Of a stretch of 64,000 nt of DNA, positions 31,616-41,423 are shown one piece after another. Location of the stretch: assembly GCA_001792345.1 (NCBI GenBank), contig MGGJ01000001.1, positions 217,710 to 281,709 on the forward strand, written 5' to 3'. The first letter of the stretch is position 1, and the number at the start of each line of letters is the position of its first letter. The notes under the pieces were generated by a model. The model was not told the origin of the DNA. It did not search any database and was given only the letters and a program-made list of their open reading frames with translations. Both the position numbers and the translations under genes were made by a program. Source of the DNA: Candidatus Woesebacteria bacterium RIFCSPHIGHO2_01_FULL_39_32 (GTDB taxonomy: Bacteria > Patescibacteriota > Microgenomatia > UBA8517).

Positions 31616-32355
31616 AAAAATACCTGCCACTTATACTTCTAGGATTCGGAATTCTTGTTGTCGTCGGAGCGTTTGTGATTGTACGCGGACGAAGGGAAGT
31701 CAATGATGCTGGGGAAGAGGAAGGTGCGTTGATTGATGTAGCCTTAAATGAAAGACCGATTGTTTCTTTAGTTCCACGCTCCGACGGTCATTACTTAGAT
31801 ATGAAAATAGAAAAGTTAATGGTTCCAGGTGCAAAAAAGCTTGATTATGATTTTTTTTACAAGACAGAAGGTAGTAATCAGCCTCTTGGGGGAACGGGAG
31901 TAATACCTTTAGAAGGAAAGGATGTGGTTGAAGAAGAACTTTTATTTGGAACTGTGTCCTCGGGAAATTACCGATACGACGAGGGAGTAGAAGAAGGTAC
32001 AATAACGCTCCGTTTCAGAAATTCCGATGGAGAACTTTTAGTTAAATTTGAAACGGATTTTCATTTGCAAACAGGTACAGACTTACTTTCTTCGATAGAC
32101 GAGAACTTTAAATACGAATTAAAAGAAGAATCTGAAGAGTTTTTTGTAACAATGACAACCATTGGTTATCCCGCCGATGCACCTGCTGAGGTTGAAAGTG
32201 GTCCATATGGAGTCTTTTCATCGGGAGATGAAGAATTCCCTGGGACAGTCGATTTGGGTGTTGACAATGTGTATTATTGGGACGGTAGTGAGTGGAATAT
32301 GTTGGAGGGAAATGAATCTAAAAATATGGGAATATTCTTCGGAAGCACTCAATAG
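31612..32355 (+). CDS. Hypothetical acidic membrane-anchored/secreted protein
   Basis: N-terminal TM; LLFGTVSSGNYRYDEGV motif. Confidence 0.7.
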   Translation: MKKYLPLILLGFGILVVVGAFVIVRGRREVNDAGEEEGALIDVALNERPIVSLVPRSDGHYLDMKIEKLMVPGAKKLDYDFFYKTEGSNQPLGGTGVIPLEGKDVVEEELLFGTVSSGNYRYDEGVEEGTITLRFRNSDGELLVKFETDFHLQTGTDLLSSIDENFKYELKEESEEFFVTMTTIGYPADAPAEVESGPYGVFSSGDEEFPGTVDLGVDNVYYWDGSEWNMLEGNESKNMGIFFGSTQ

Positions 32356-32423
32356 CTCCCCAATCTAGTATAAATTATCAAGTTTCGAGTTCCGCGACAA
32401 ACAATATTTGGGTATTGTTTGTC

Positions 32424-32480
32424 TTGACACGTCCGTGAAAATATATAAGAATGGTTAATACTGGTGATAAATGGTGAAAT
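32424..32480 (+). promoter_or_regulatory. dcw promoter with MraZ-binding direct repeats
   Basis: TTGACA at 32424, then three TGGT-containing units at exact 10-bp period (ATGGTTAATA CTGGTGATAA ATGGTGAAAT) upstream of mraZ, like known MraZ boxes. Confidence 0.65.
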
Positions 32481-32509
32481 GTATATCACCTTAGACTGCC
32501 CACATTTAA

Positions 32510-32938
32510 ATGCTAATAGGGCAGTATTCAAGTAAATTAACAGAAGGAAGTAGAATTTCCATACCAAAGAAATTTAGAGAAGAATTGGGTGAGGGAATGA
32601 TTATTTCCAAATGGTATGAAGGTTCTCTGGTATTGGTGTCAAAGCTATATTGGGAAGGTTTAGTAAAACGACTAACAGGCGAGACGAGAATTATTACTTC
32701 CCCTGTAAGAGACATTGACAGATTTATTTACGGTTCGGCGTTTGAAGTGGATCTTGATAGTCAGGGAAGGTTTGTCCTACCTGAAAGCTTAAGAGCCTAC
32801 GCGAATATAGTTTCAGAAATAAGCTTCATCGGTTTAGGTGACAGAATTGAAATTTGGGGAGCGGAAAAATGGTTGGAGTTGGAGAGAGGTGCTGAAGAAA
32901 AATCCTCCTTAGCAATTGAAAAAATTGCCAAGAAGTAG
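32510..32938 (+). CDS. mraZ: Transcriptional regulator MraZ
   Basis: Two SpoVT/AbrB repeats (RISIPKKFR; DSQGRFVLP), GDRIEIW; first gene of the dcw cluster. Confidence 0.95.
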   Translation: MLIGQYSSKLTEGSRISIPKKFREELGEGMIISKWYEGSLVLVSKLYWEGLVKRLTGETRIITSPVRDIDRFIYGSAFEVDLDSQGRFVLPESLRAYANIVSEISFIGLGDRIEIWGAEKWLELERGAEEKSSLAIEKIAKK

Positions 32939-33046
32939 ATATCAAAATGATTAAAATATACAAAAATTTAATGGATGAACAACTCAAGATGTTCATTGCG
33001 TTTTTCCAAAGTGCTAATATCGAAAACAAGAAATTTCATAAAGTAA

Positions 33047-33988
33047 ATGAAAAAGTTAAAAGAAGCCAAAGAGCTTCATGAACCTGTCCTTTTAAATGAA
33101 GTTCTAGAAGCTTTGCGGGTAAAAGAAATCGCACGTTCAAAAAAAGCTTGCTATATCGACGCAACAGTCGGATTAGGAGGTCATACTCGGGAAATTGTTA
33201 AAGCTGGAGCCAGAGTTCTGGGGATTGAAGCAGACCTCTATTCTCTTGAAATTGCACGAGAGCGTTTGAAAGAAGCCTGCCCTACCCTTGAAAGTGATGA
33301 TCACTTTCAAGGGTCTTTCATACTTACTCACGGCAACTTCATAGAAATAGAAAAAATTGCTAAAGACAACGGGTTTGAGAGTGTAGAGGGTATACTTTTT
33401 GATCTTGGTATCTCGAGTTTCCAACTGGAAGGCAAGAACGCCGGCTTTTCGTTTCAAGATCCTTTGGCGCCTCTTGATATGAGGATAGATCCTGTATCTA
33501 ACAAGGTAAAAGCGTCCGACCTTCTTAAGGTATTAAACGAAACTCAATTGATCGAGCTATTTACGGTGGTTTTGAATACAGCAAAGTCGAGATTAGTAGC
33601 AAAAGCAATAGTAAGAGAAAGAGCTAAAAAAGATATTCAAACAGTTGGGGATTTTTTATATACGATTCGAGGAATTTTTAGACCCAAAAGGGGACAGAAT
33701 GTCGCAACTTTGCCTTTTCTTGCTCTTAGGATTGCTGTCAATAGCGAGCTTGAGAATTTAAAAATAACATTGCCTGCGGCATTTAATCTTTTGAATCTCG
33801 GAGGAAAACTCGTAGTTATCTGTTTTCACTCAGGTGAAGATAGGATAGTAAAGCATTTTTTTATAACTAAAGAAAAAGAAGGAGTGGCGCGTTTGCTGAC
33901 CAAAAAGCCAATTGTCCCGAGTTATGAAGAGATTCAAAGAAATCCCAGAGCAAGAAGCGCAAAGATGAGAATTCTGGAGAAAATATGA
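33047..33988 (+). CDS. rsmH: 16S rRNA m4C1402 methyltransferase
   Basis: HEPVLL, DATVGLGGH, DLGISS, LDMR, FHSGEDRIVK, NPRARSAKMR. Confidence 0.96.
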   Translation: MKKLKEAKELHEPVLLNEVLEALRVKEIARSKKACYIDATVGLGGHTREIVKAGARVLGIEADLYSLEIARERLKEACPTLESDDHFQGSFILTHGNFIEIEKIAKDNGFESVEGILFDLGISSFQLEGKNAGFSFQDPLAPLDMRIDPVSNKVKASDLLKVLNETQLIELFTVVLNTAKSRLVAKAIVRERAKKDIQTVGDFLYTIRGIFRPKRGQNVATLPFLALRIAVNSELENLKITLPAAFNLLNLGGKLVVICFHSGEDRIVKHFFITKEKEGVARLLTKKPIVPSYEEIQRNPRARSAKMRILEKI

Positions 33989-34305
33989 GAAGAAAACCAC
34001 AAATAAAAATAAGTAATAGTAAAAAACCGTTCAACAAGAAAGTCCTTTTTGGAATTCTTATATCTTTCTGTGCAGCCGCCCAAGTGTTTTTTACAATAGG
34101 GACAAGTGCACTAGGAGCACAAATATCAAGTTTTGAGGAGGAGGTGGAGCTCCTTACAAAAGAAAATCGGGAACTCGAAGATAAACTTATCTCGTCTACC
34201 TCGTTAATTCAACTTAGGCAGAAAGCAGAAGATTTGGGATTTGCGAAAAGCACAACCACTTACTACATAGAAAAAGGCGAATCCTATGCAATGAGTGCGC
34301 CTTGA
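33985..34305 (+). CDS. FtsL-like cell division protein
   Basis: Basic N-terminus, single TM, coiled coil, AEDLGF; lies between rsmH and PBP. Confidence 0.65.
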   Translation: MRRKPQIKISNSKKPFNKKVLFGILISFCAAAQVFFTIGTSALGAQISSFEEEVELLTKENRELEDKLISSTSLIQLRQKAEDLGFAKSTTTYYIEKGESYAMSAP

Positions 34306-34308
34306 TCT

Positions 34309-36021
34309 ATGTTAATCCGCTTGAGACTTATCTCGATTTTCTTTGCTTTCGCCTACCTCGTACTAGTCGTTAGGCTTTTTTATTGGCAAATTTATAAGGG
34401 AAAAGAGCTGTCAGTTGAGGCAAGGGGTCAATATCAAGCACAATGGTCGATTGATGCTCCAAGAGGCGATATTTTATCTTCAGATGGGAGTTGGCTTGCG
34501 GCAAGCGCAGATTCATGGCTAATTTATGCTAGTTTGCCCGATATAAAAGAACCTTCCAAAAAAATTTCAGAACAACTTGCACCCCTTCTGGTAGAAGATC
34601 CTGAAGATAAAGATGCGCTTTTCACAGAAATAGACAGAATTTATTCTTTGCTTACCAGAGATAATGTGGAATGGATACCGATAAAATCGAAAGTTACCCC
34701 TGAAGTTAAGAAACACATTGAAAAGTTGGAAATTTCGGGAATTGGGTACGAGCTTCAAGAAGCGAGAATTTATCCAGAAGCTTCGACTGCTGCACAGCTT
34801 ATGGGTTTTGTAGGTAAGGATGAGGCAGGTGGTGACATAGGGTATTTCGGATTGGAGGGATATTATGATGTAGTTTTATCGGGAAAACCGGGTTTTAAAG
34901 CTCGTGAGAGAGATGCCAGCGGTATTCCAATCTTACTGGGAACTACCAGAGAGATTTCTGCAATAAAAGGAGTGGATCTTCAAACAAATATTGATAAGTT
35001 TATACAACTGACTTTGGATAAAAAACTTAAAGAGGGAATAGAGAGGTATGGGGCTTCAGCTGGGGTGGCGGTAGTTATGAATCCGAAAAATGGTGCCATT
35101 TTAGGTATGGGTGCTTATCCGTCGTACGATCCTTCTGAGTACTGGGAATTTGGAGATGAACTTTTTAATAATCCAGTAATTTCTAATAGTTTTGAACCCG
35201 GTTCAGTGTTTAAAGTTATTGTTATGGCCTCTGCCCTTGACGCTGGTGTCGTTAAACCGGATACAATCTGCAACATTTGTGGAGGTGCAGTAAAAGTTGA
35301 TAAATATACTATTGAAACTTGGAACCAACAGTATTATCCAAATTCAACATTAACAGATGTTATTGTACATTCTGATAATGTAGGCATGGTTTTTACAAGT
35401 AGACGAATAGGAGCAGACATTTTATTTGATTATCTAGAAAACTTTGGGATTGGAAAACCAACTGGAATAGATCTTCAGGGTGAGGCAAATCCTGGCCTAC
35501 GCGATAAAGGAAAATGGAGTAGTGTAGATCTGGCCACAGCAGGCTTTGGCCAGGGAGTCGCTGTCACACCAATTCAACTATTGACTGCTGTTTCTGTAAT
35601 TGCTAATAAGGGCGTGAAGGTTACTCCACAAGTTGTAGATAAACTGGTTGGCGATGGTTGGGAGGAAGACATAAAGCCTGTTATAGGGAAGCGAGTAATC
35701 TCCCAAAGGTCTGCCGAGCAAATTACTACAATGATGGTTGAGGCAGCTAAAAACGGTGAGTCAAAGTGGACGCATGCGAGGGGTTTTAGGGTAGCGGGAA
35801 AAACAGGTACAGCCCAAATTCCTATTGAGGGGCATTATGATGAAGACAAAACGATAGCTTCATTTGTCGGTTTTGCGCCTTATGATAATCCGAAGTTTTT
35901 AATGCTTGTTACTTTACGACAGCCGACAACTTCTCCATGGGCTTCTGAAACAGCGGCCCCGCTGTGGTATTCAATTGCTAAAGATTTTTTTGAGTATTTT
36001 CAAATTCAGCCTGAAAAATAG
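34309..36021 (+). CDS. ftsI: Class B penicillin-binding protein (FtsI/PBP3-like)
   Basis: RGDI, RIYP, GLEGYY; SxxK (GSVFK), SDN, KTGTAQ. Confidence 0.9.
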   Translation: MLIRLRLISIFFAFAYLVLVVRLFYWQIYKGKELSVEARGQYQAQWSIDAPRGDILSSDGSWLAASADSWLIYASLPDIKEPSKKISEQLAPLLVEDPEDKDALFTEIDRIYSLLTRDNVEWIPIKSKVTPEVKKHIEKLEISGIGYELQEARIYPEASTAAQLMGFVGKDEAGGDIGYFGLEGYYDVVLSGKPGFKARERDASGIPILLGTTREISAIKGVDLQTNIDKFIQLTLDKKLKEGIERYGASAGVAVVMNPKNGAILGMGAYPSYDPSEYWEFGDELFNNPVISNSFEPGSVFKVIVMASALDAGVVKPDTICNICGGAVKVDKYTIETWNQQYYPNSTLTDVIVHSDNVGMVFTSRRIGADILFDYLENFGIGKPTGIDLQGEANPGLRDKGKWSSVDLATAGFGQGVAVTPIQLLTAVSVIANKGVKVTPQVVDKLVGDGWEEDIKPVIGKRVISQRSAEQITTMMVEAAKNGESKWTHARGFRVAGKTGTAQIPIEGHYDEDKTIASFVGFAPYDNPKFLMLVTLRQPTTSPWASETAAPLWYSIAKDFFEYFQIQPEK

Positions 36022-36054
36022 ATTAGCCATGATACAATATAAAGCCAGCCTATT

Positions 36055-37344
36055 ATGAATATTAAGGTTCAGGGAAGACAGGTTTTATCTGGTGAGATTT
36101 TTCCATCGGGGAGCAAGAATTCTGCTGTACACATCTTACCTGCTACGGTTCTGCTTGAAGAAAAGGTAATCCTTAAAAATGTTCCTGATATAAGCGATGT
36201 TGCCAAACTGGTCCATATCCTAAGGAAATTAGGGAGCAAGTTAGATTGGGATAAAGATAAAAAGACAATATCTTTAGATAACTCGAATTTAAGTTTCAAG
36301 AGTTTGAACGAAGAAGATCTTGGAAATATGAAAGCATCGGCCCTCATGTGGGGTGGACTTCTGGGTCGTTTTCACAAAGTTGACTTTTCAGAATTGCCTG
36401 GCGGTTGTACTCTTGGGATTCGACCCTTTGAACCTTTTTACAAGTCATTTAGAACTCTCGGGATTATTGTGAAAGAAATTGACGGCGGCGTTTTAATGGA
36501 TGCAACAAACGCAAATCCAACACACGTTTGGTTAACAGAGATGGCAGTATCGGTTACCAGTACATTGGTGATGGTTGCGGTCACTTTAGAAGGTAAAACG
36601 AAATTAACGGGTGCCGCTTCTGAACCACAGGTGCAGGATTTATGTAATTTTTTGGTAAAAGCAGGGGCAGATATAAAAGGAGTAGGAACAAATGTTCTTG
36701 AAATAAATGGAGGTAAAAAGCTCTCTTCGGTAACACACGAGCTTTTCCATGATCATAATGAAATAGCAACTTTTTTAGCTCTTGGTGCGGTTACGGGTGG
36801 AGAAATACGGGTACATAATTCAGAAGCCGAACTTTTTCCCCAGATAAACTATGAATTTTCAAAATTTAATATAAATATTGAATACGAAGAGGATATTGCA
36901 ATTGTACGTCAGAATCAGGACATCCGATTTACCGGTTCTTTTGAAAAGAAAACCAATGTTGTTAGGGCTCAGCCCTGGCCGGGTCTACCGGTTGATTTAC
37001 TACCCAATTTCATTCCTTTGGCATTAGCGGCCCCAGGTGGTTATATGATATTTCATAACTGGATGTATGAATCAGGGCTTTTTTGGACAAGTGAACTTAC
37101 AAAACTTGGGGCGGAAGTTGTCATGGCAGATCCCCATAGAGTGATCGTGATTGCCGGAAATACGCTAAAAGGCGCAACCCTTGAAGCCCCTTATATTATT
37201 CGCGCGGTTGTTTCCATGGTTATGGCTGCTATGATTGCCGATGGGGAGACAACGATTCTTAATGCTGATGCACTTTATAGGGGTCATCCGAACTTTGCCG
37301 AAAATCTTCGAAAAATTGGAGCTAAGATTGAAGAAGTCGCCTGA
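36055..37344 (+). CDS. murA: UDP-N-acetylglucosamine 1-carboxyvinyltransferase
   Basis: GSKNSA, PGGCTLGIRP (catalytic Cys), AASEP. Confidence 0.93.
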   Translation: MNIKVQGRQVLSGEIFPSGSKNSAVHILPATVLLEEKVILKNVPDISDVAKLVHILRKLGSKLDWDKDKKTISLDNSNLSFKSLNEEDLGNMKASALMWGGLLGRFHKVDFSELPGGCTLGIRPFEPFYKSFRTLGIIVKEIDGGVLMDATNANPTHVWLTEMAVSVTSTLVMVAVTLEGKTKLTGAASEPQVQDLCNFLVKAGADIKGVGTNVLEINGGKKLSSVTHELFHDHNEIATFLALGAVTGGEIRVHNSEAELFPQINYEFSKFNINIEYEEDIAIVRQNQDIRFTGSFEKKTNVVRAQPWPGLPVDLLPNFIPLALAAPGGYMIFHNWMYESGLFWTSELTKLGAEVVMADPHRVIVIAGNTLKGATLEAPYIIRAVVSMVMAAMIADGETTILNADALYRGHPNFAENLRKIGAKIEEVA

Positions 37345-37364
37345 ATGCGCCACAATAAATATTA

Positions 37365-38927
37365 ATGAAGCTTTACAAACTTCTTGAAAACTTGTCAGAT
37401 TATAAAGTTTATGGAAAGGTGCATTTAGTATTAACTTCAATAACCGAAGATTCAAGACAAGCCAAAAAAGGAGGTTTATTTGTTGCAGTAAAAGGATTAA
37501 CAGTTGATGGTCATAAGTTTATCCCCCAAGCAGTAGAGAATGGTGCAAAGGTTGTTGTAGGAGAACTCGATAAAGGAGAAATTAATATTCCAAAAGGTGC
37601 AACTTATGTAAAGGTCAAAAATTCAAGAAAAGCGTTGGGTTTAATGGCCTCGTCTTTTTACGGCAATTCCTCTTCAAAGCTAAAAGTTATCGGGGTAACA
37701 GGAACTGACGGAAAAACAACAACTGCGTTTTTAATTTATCACATTTTACAGACTGCAGGTAAAAAGGTGGGATTGGTTAGTACTGTTTCAGCAAAAATAG
37801 GTAAAAGGGAAGTCGATACAGGATTACATGTTACTAATCCGGACCCCGTAACTTTGCAGTCGTTTCTAGCGGATATGGTTAAGGCAAGATGTGAATTTGC
37901 CGTAGTTGAAGTCACATCTCACGGACTAGATCAAGAAAGAACAGCAGGAGTGAATTTTGATTCCGCAGCTCTAACAAACATTACTCATGAACACCTGGAT
38001 TATCATAAAAGTTTTGAGGAGTATCTCGACACAAAAGCTAAACTTTTTCAGTATGTTAAAAGTTTTGTTGTACTTAATAGAGATGATGAGTCGTTCGAAT
38101 ATATTTCAAAAACAACTCAAGCACGTACTATTTCTTACGCAATAAAAGACAGGTCTTCGGATCTTTACGCTCAAAATATTCGTGAGGAAGTCGGTAAAAC
38201 GGTATATGAATTAGTCCGTGGTGTAAATTCGTTTAAAATTCAAACTGATCTTCCTGGCGAATACAATGTCTCAAACAGTTTAGCAGCAATTGGAATTGCA
38301 TTGGAATACGGCGTTTCTGTAGAGTCGATCAAAAAAGCGCTTTTATCATTCAAAGCGCCCAAAGGACGCCTTGAGAAAATCGAAACATATAAAAATTTTG
38401 AAGTCTACGTTGATTTTGCTCACACCTCTAACTCCTTAGAAAATGTGCTAAGTCTTTTAATAAAACGAATAGCGCAAAAGCAGGAAAAGAGAAAACTAAT
38501 AGCTGTTTTTGGTTGCGCAGGGGAGAGAGATGTTAAAAAAAGACCATTGATGGGCGAGATTTCGACTCGGATAGCCGATACCTCGATTTTTACTGCAGAG
38601 GATCCAAGAAGCGAGGACGTTAATAAAATAATTACGGAAATAGTTAAAGGTACAAGAAAGTCAGAAGTAATGGAAATAAAACCGAGTCACTTTAAAACAT
38701 TAAAAGAAAGCGATAAACATTATTTTTTAAGAATTCCTGAAAGAGGAGAAGCAATTTCTTTTGCAATTCAGAAATTAGCAAAAAAGGGCGATATTGTTGT
38801 AATTTGCGGAAAAGGGCATGAGCAAAGTATGGCCTACGATGGAAAAGAATATGATTGGTCTGACCACGAAGCAGTAAAAATGGCACTTAAAGGAGATATT
38901 AAGAAAATAATCAGAGAAGAATCTTAA
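37365..38927 (+). CDS. murE: UDP-MurNAc-dipeptide--diamino acid ligase
   Basis: DSR, DGH, GTDGKTT, EVTSH, HEHLDYH, DFAH, GCAGERD, GKGHE. Confidence 0.95.
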   Translation: MKLYKLLENLSDYKVYGKVHLVLTSITEDSRQAKKGGLFVAVKGLTVDGHKFIPQAVENGAKVVVGELDKGEINIPKGATYVKVKNSRKALGLMASSFYGNSSSKLKVIGVTGTDGKTTTAFLIYHILQTAGKKVGLVSTVSAKIGKREVDTGLHVTNPDPVTLQSFLADMVKARCEFAVVEVTSHGLDQERTAGVNFDSAALTNITHEHLDYHKSFEEYLDTKAKLFQYVKSFVVLNRDDESFEYISKTTQARTISYAIKDRSSDLYAQNIREEVGKTVYELVRGVNSFKIQTDLPGEYNVSNSLAAIGIALEYGVSVESIKKALLSFKAPKGRLEKIETYKNFEVYVDFAHTSNSLENVLSLLIKRIAQKQEKRKLIAVFGCAGERDVKKRPLMGEISTRIADTSIFTAEDPRSEDVNKIITEIVKGTRKSEVMEIKPSHFKTLKESDKHYFLRIPERGEAISFAIQKLAKKGDIVVICGKGHEQSMAYDGKEYDWSDHEAVKMALKGDIKKIIREES

Positions 38928-38967
38928 TACTTACAGGGACAGTCCCTGCATGCTGTATATAGTAAAT

Positions 38968-40380
38968 ATGGTCTTAAAAAAAATAAAACATGTGCACTTC
39001 ATGGGAATCGGAGGGAGTGCTCTGTCTGGGGTAGCAATAATGGCTTTGAATGAAGGCTTTAAGGTAACAGGTTGTGATTTGGAAGAAGATACGGCTTACT
39101 TAAATAAGGCTAAAAAGGCAGGGATCAAAGTTTTTAAGGGGCATGACAAAAAACACTTGGAGGGTGTTGACATATTAGCAGTAAGTCCTGCGGTGGTTTA
39201 CCAGAATGAAAGGCACCCCGAGTATTTGATTGCAAAAAAAAGCGGAATTTTAAAAATTTGGGACGAATTCGTGGGAGAATACCTGTTAAAAAATAAGGAA
39301 TCAATATGTGTCACTGGAACCCACGGAAAATCAACCACAACCAGCATGGCAGCACTTCTTTTTGAAAAGGCTGGTTTAGACCCCAGCGCGCTAATTGGAG
39401 CAAAGCTTACAGAATGGGGGAGTAATTATCGAATCGGAAACAGTAAATATTTTGTTATCGAGGCAGATGATTTTTATGAAAAATTTTTCAGCTATAAGCC
39501 CTCAACTATCATTTTGAATAATATTGAATTTGATCACCCAGATTATTTTAGGTCGGAAAATCAAATGGTTAAATCGTATATAAAATTTATAAAGCTTTTG
39601 CGAAGGCCAAAGAACCTGATTATAAATCAGGATTCGGAAGGAAATAAAAAACTTTTCGGGAGGTTAGATGAAAGATTCTTAAAATCGATAAATTTGTATG
39701 GTTATACGGTTAGTAACAACCCTTTAATCAAATTAGATAGTTCTTTAAAAGGAGAGATGTTGGATGCTAATGAAGAAAATACTGTATTCAAAGTAAAAGG
39801 TGAAAAACCGAGTGTTTATGAGGAATATAAGCTAAGTATTCCGGGAAAACACAACGTTTCTAATGCGCTAGGGGTTATTATTTTAGGAAAAATTTATAAG
39901 ATTGAACGCTCAGTTATAAGAGATATGCTTTTTAAATTTAAAGGAACGGTAAGAAGATTACAGTTGATCGGAGAGAAGAAAGGAATAAAAGTTTATGACG
40001 ACTATGCGCATCATCCGACTGCGATCCGGGTAACTTTAGAAGCATTAAGACAGAAGTACCCGAAAAATAGAATTTGGGCGGTTGTTGAACCCCATTCATA
40101 TTCCAGAACAAAAGCTCTTTTAAAAGATTATAAAGGTGTTTTTAAAGATGCAGACAAAGTACTAATCGGTCCGATTTATAAAGCCAGAGATAAAAAGACT
40201 TTCGGTGTTACCGGCGCTTCGATTGTGGAAGTATCGAACCATAAAGATGCCGTTTATAAAAAAGATATTGATGAGATATTAAACTTACTGAAAAAAGAAG
40301 TAAAAAGGAGTGACGTTATTTTAGTAATGGGTGCGGGTAAAAGCTATTTGTGGGCTAGGGAAATTTTGCGGGTTTTGTAG
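38968..40380 (+). CDS. murC: UDP-N-acetylmuramate--L-alanine ligase
   Basis: HFMGIGGSALSG, GTHGKSTT, EAD, DHPD, DDYAHHPT, MGAG; likely start ATG 38968. Confidence 0.95.
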   Translation: MVLKKIKHVHFMGIGGSALSGVAIMALNEGFKVTGCDLEEDTAYLNKAKKAGIKVFKGHDKKHLEGVDILAVSPAVVYQNERHPEYLIAKKSGILKIWDEFVGEYLLKNKESICVTGTHGKSTTTSMAALLFEKAGLDPSALIGAKLTEWGSNYRIGNSKYFVIEADDFYEKFFSYKPSTIILNNIEFDHPDYFRSENQMVKSYIKFIKLLRRPKNLIINQDSEGNKKLFGRLDERFLKSINLYGYTVSNNPLIKLDSSLKGEMLDANEENTVFKVKGEKPSVYEEYKLSIPGKHNVSNALGVIILGKIYKIERSVIRDMLFKFKGTVRRLQLIGEKKGIKVYDDYAHHPTAIRVTLEALRQKYPKNRIWAVVEPHSYSRTKALLKDYKGVFKDADKVLIGPIYKARDKKTFGVTGASIVEVSNHKDAVYKKDIDEILNLLKKEVKRSDVILVMGAGKSYLWAREILRVL

Positions 40381-40381
40381 T

Positions 40382-41419
40382 ATGACCAAATTATTAATAA
40401 AAGAAAACATTCCACTGAAGAATCTAACAACTTTCCATGTAGGCGGACTTGCGAGTTATTTTGCTGAAGTTAACAATAAAGAAGAGCTTACCGAAGTAGT
40501 TGGGTTCGCAAAGTCTAAAAATATTCCCATTTTTATACTTGGTGGTGGAAGCGATATTTTGATGAGCGATGAGGGTTTTCCCGGTTTGGTTTTGAGATAT
40601 AAAGACACATCGATATCTTTTAAGGTGGTAAATAATGATGTTTTGGTTACAGCAGGTGCAGGTTTAATTTGGGACGGTTTAGTGAAAGTGTGTGTTGAGA
40701 AAGGGCTTCAAGGAATAGAATGTCTATCAGGAATACCAGGGTCAGTTGGAGCTTCTCCGATACAAAACATAGGAGCTTACGGACAAGAGTTGAAAGATAC
40801 CTTTGTGAGCTTAACCGCCTACGATCTGAGAAAAGCTAAGTTTGTAACATTGGATAAAAAGTCATGTAGGTTTTCCTATCGTGAAAGCATATTTAAAGAT
40901 CCCCAACAAAAGGGTAGGTATATTATTTTGGGTTTAACTCTCAGGTTAAAAAAGGATGCTAAACCATCCCTTATCTATGAATCACTTACTTCGTATCTAT
41001 CTGATAAGAATATTAATTCTCCCACCATACGTGAAGTACGTGAAGCTATCTTGACACTCCGGGGTAGAAAACTTGAAGACCCGAAAGTCATAGGTAACGC
41101 TGGTTCGTTTTTCAAAAACCCGATGGTCGAACGTCCGATATTAACTGAAATTCAGAAGGATTTTCCTGAAGTACCATTTCACGAGGTTGCTGACCGAAAA
41201 GTAAAGCTATTTGCAGGGTGGTTGATAGAAAAATCGGGTTGGAAAGGTAAACGATACAAAAACGCGTCGGTGTCAGAGAGAAATGCTCTTGTGATTATGA
41301 ATCCTGAAGGTCGCGCCACAGCTAGGGAGGTAAAGGAATTAGCCGATAAGATTTCGAGTGCTGTAGAAAAGAAGTTTAAAATAGAACTAGAACCTGAAGT
41401 TCAATATATAGGTTTTTAA
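40382..41419 (+). CDS. murB: UDP-N-acetylmuramate dehydrogenase
   Basis: GGGSD, GIPGSVGASPIQNIGAYG, FSYRES, GNAGSFFKNP, LEPE; start ATG 40382. Confidence 0.95.
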   Translation: MTKLLIKENIPLKNLTTFHVGGLASYFAEVNNKEELTEVVGFAKSKNIPIFILGGGSDILMSDEGFPGLVLRYKDTSISFKVVNNDVLVTAGAGLIWDGLVKVCVEKGLQGIECLSGIPGSVGASPIQNIGAYGQELKDTFVSLTAYDLRKAKFVTLDKKSCRFSYRESIFKDPQQKGRYIILGLTLRLKKDAKPSLIYESLTSYLSDKNINSPTIREVREAILTLRGRKLEDPKVIGNAGSFFKNPMVERPILTEIQKDFPEVPFHEVADRKVKLFAGWLIEKSGWKGKRYKNASVSERNALVIMNPEGRATAREVKELADKISSAVEKKFKIELEPEVQYIGF

Positions 41420-41423
41420 AGTA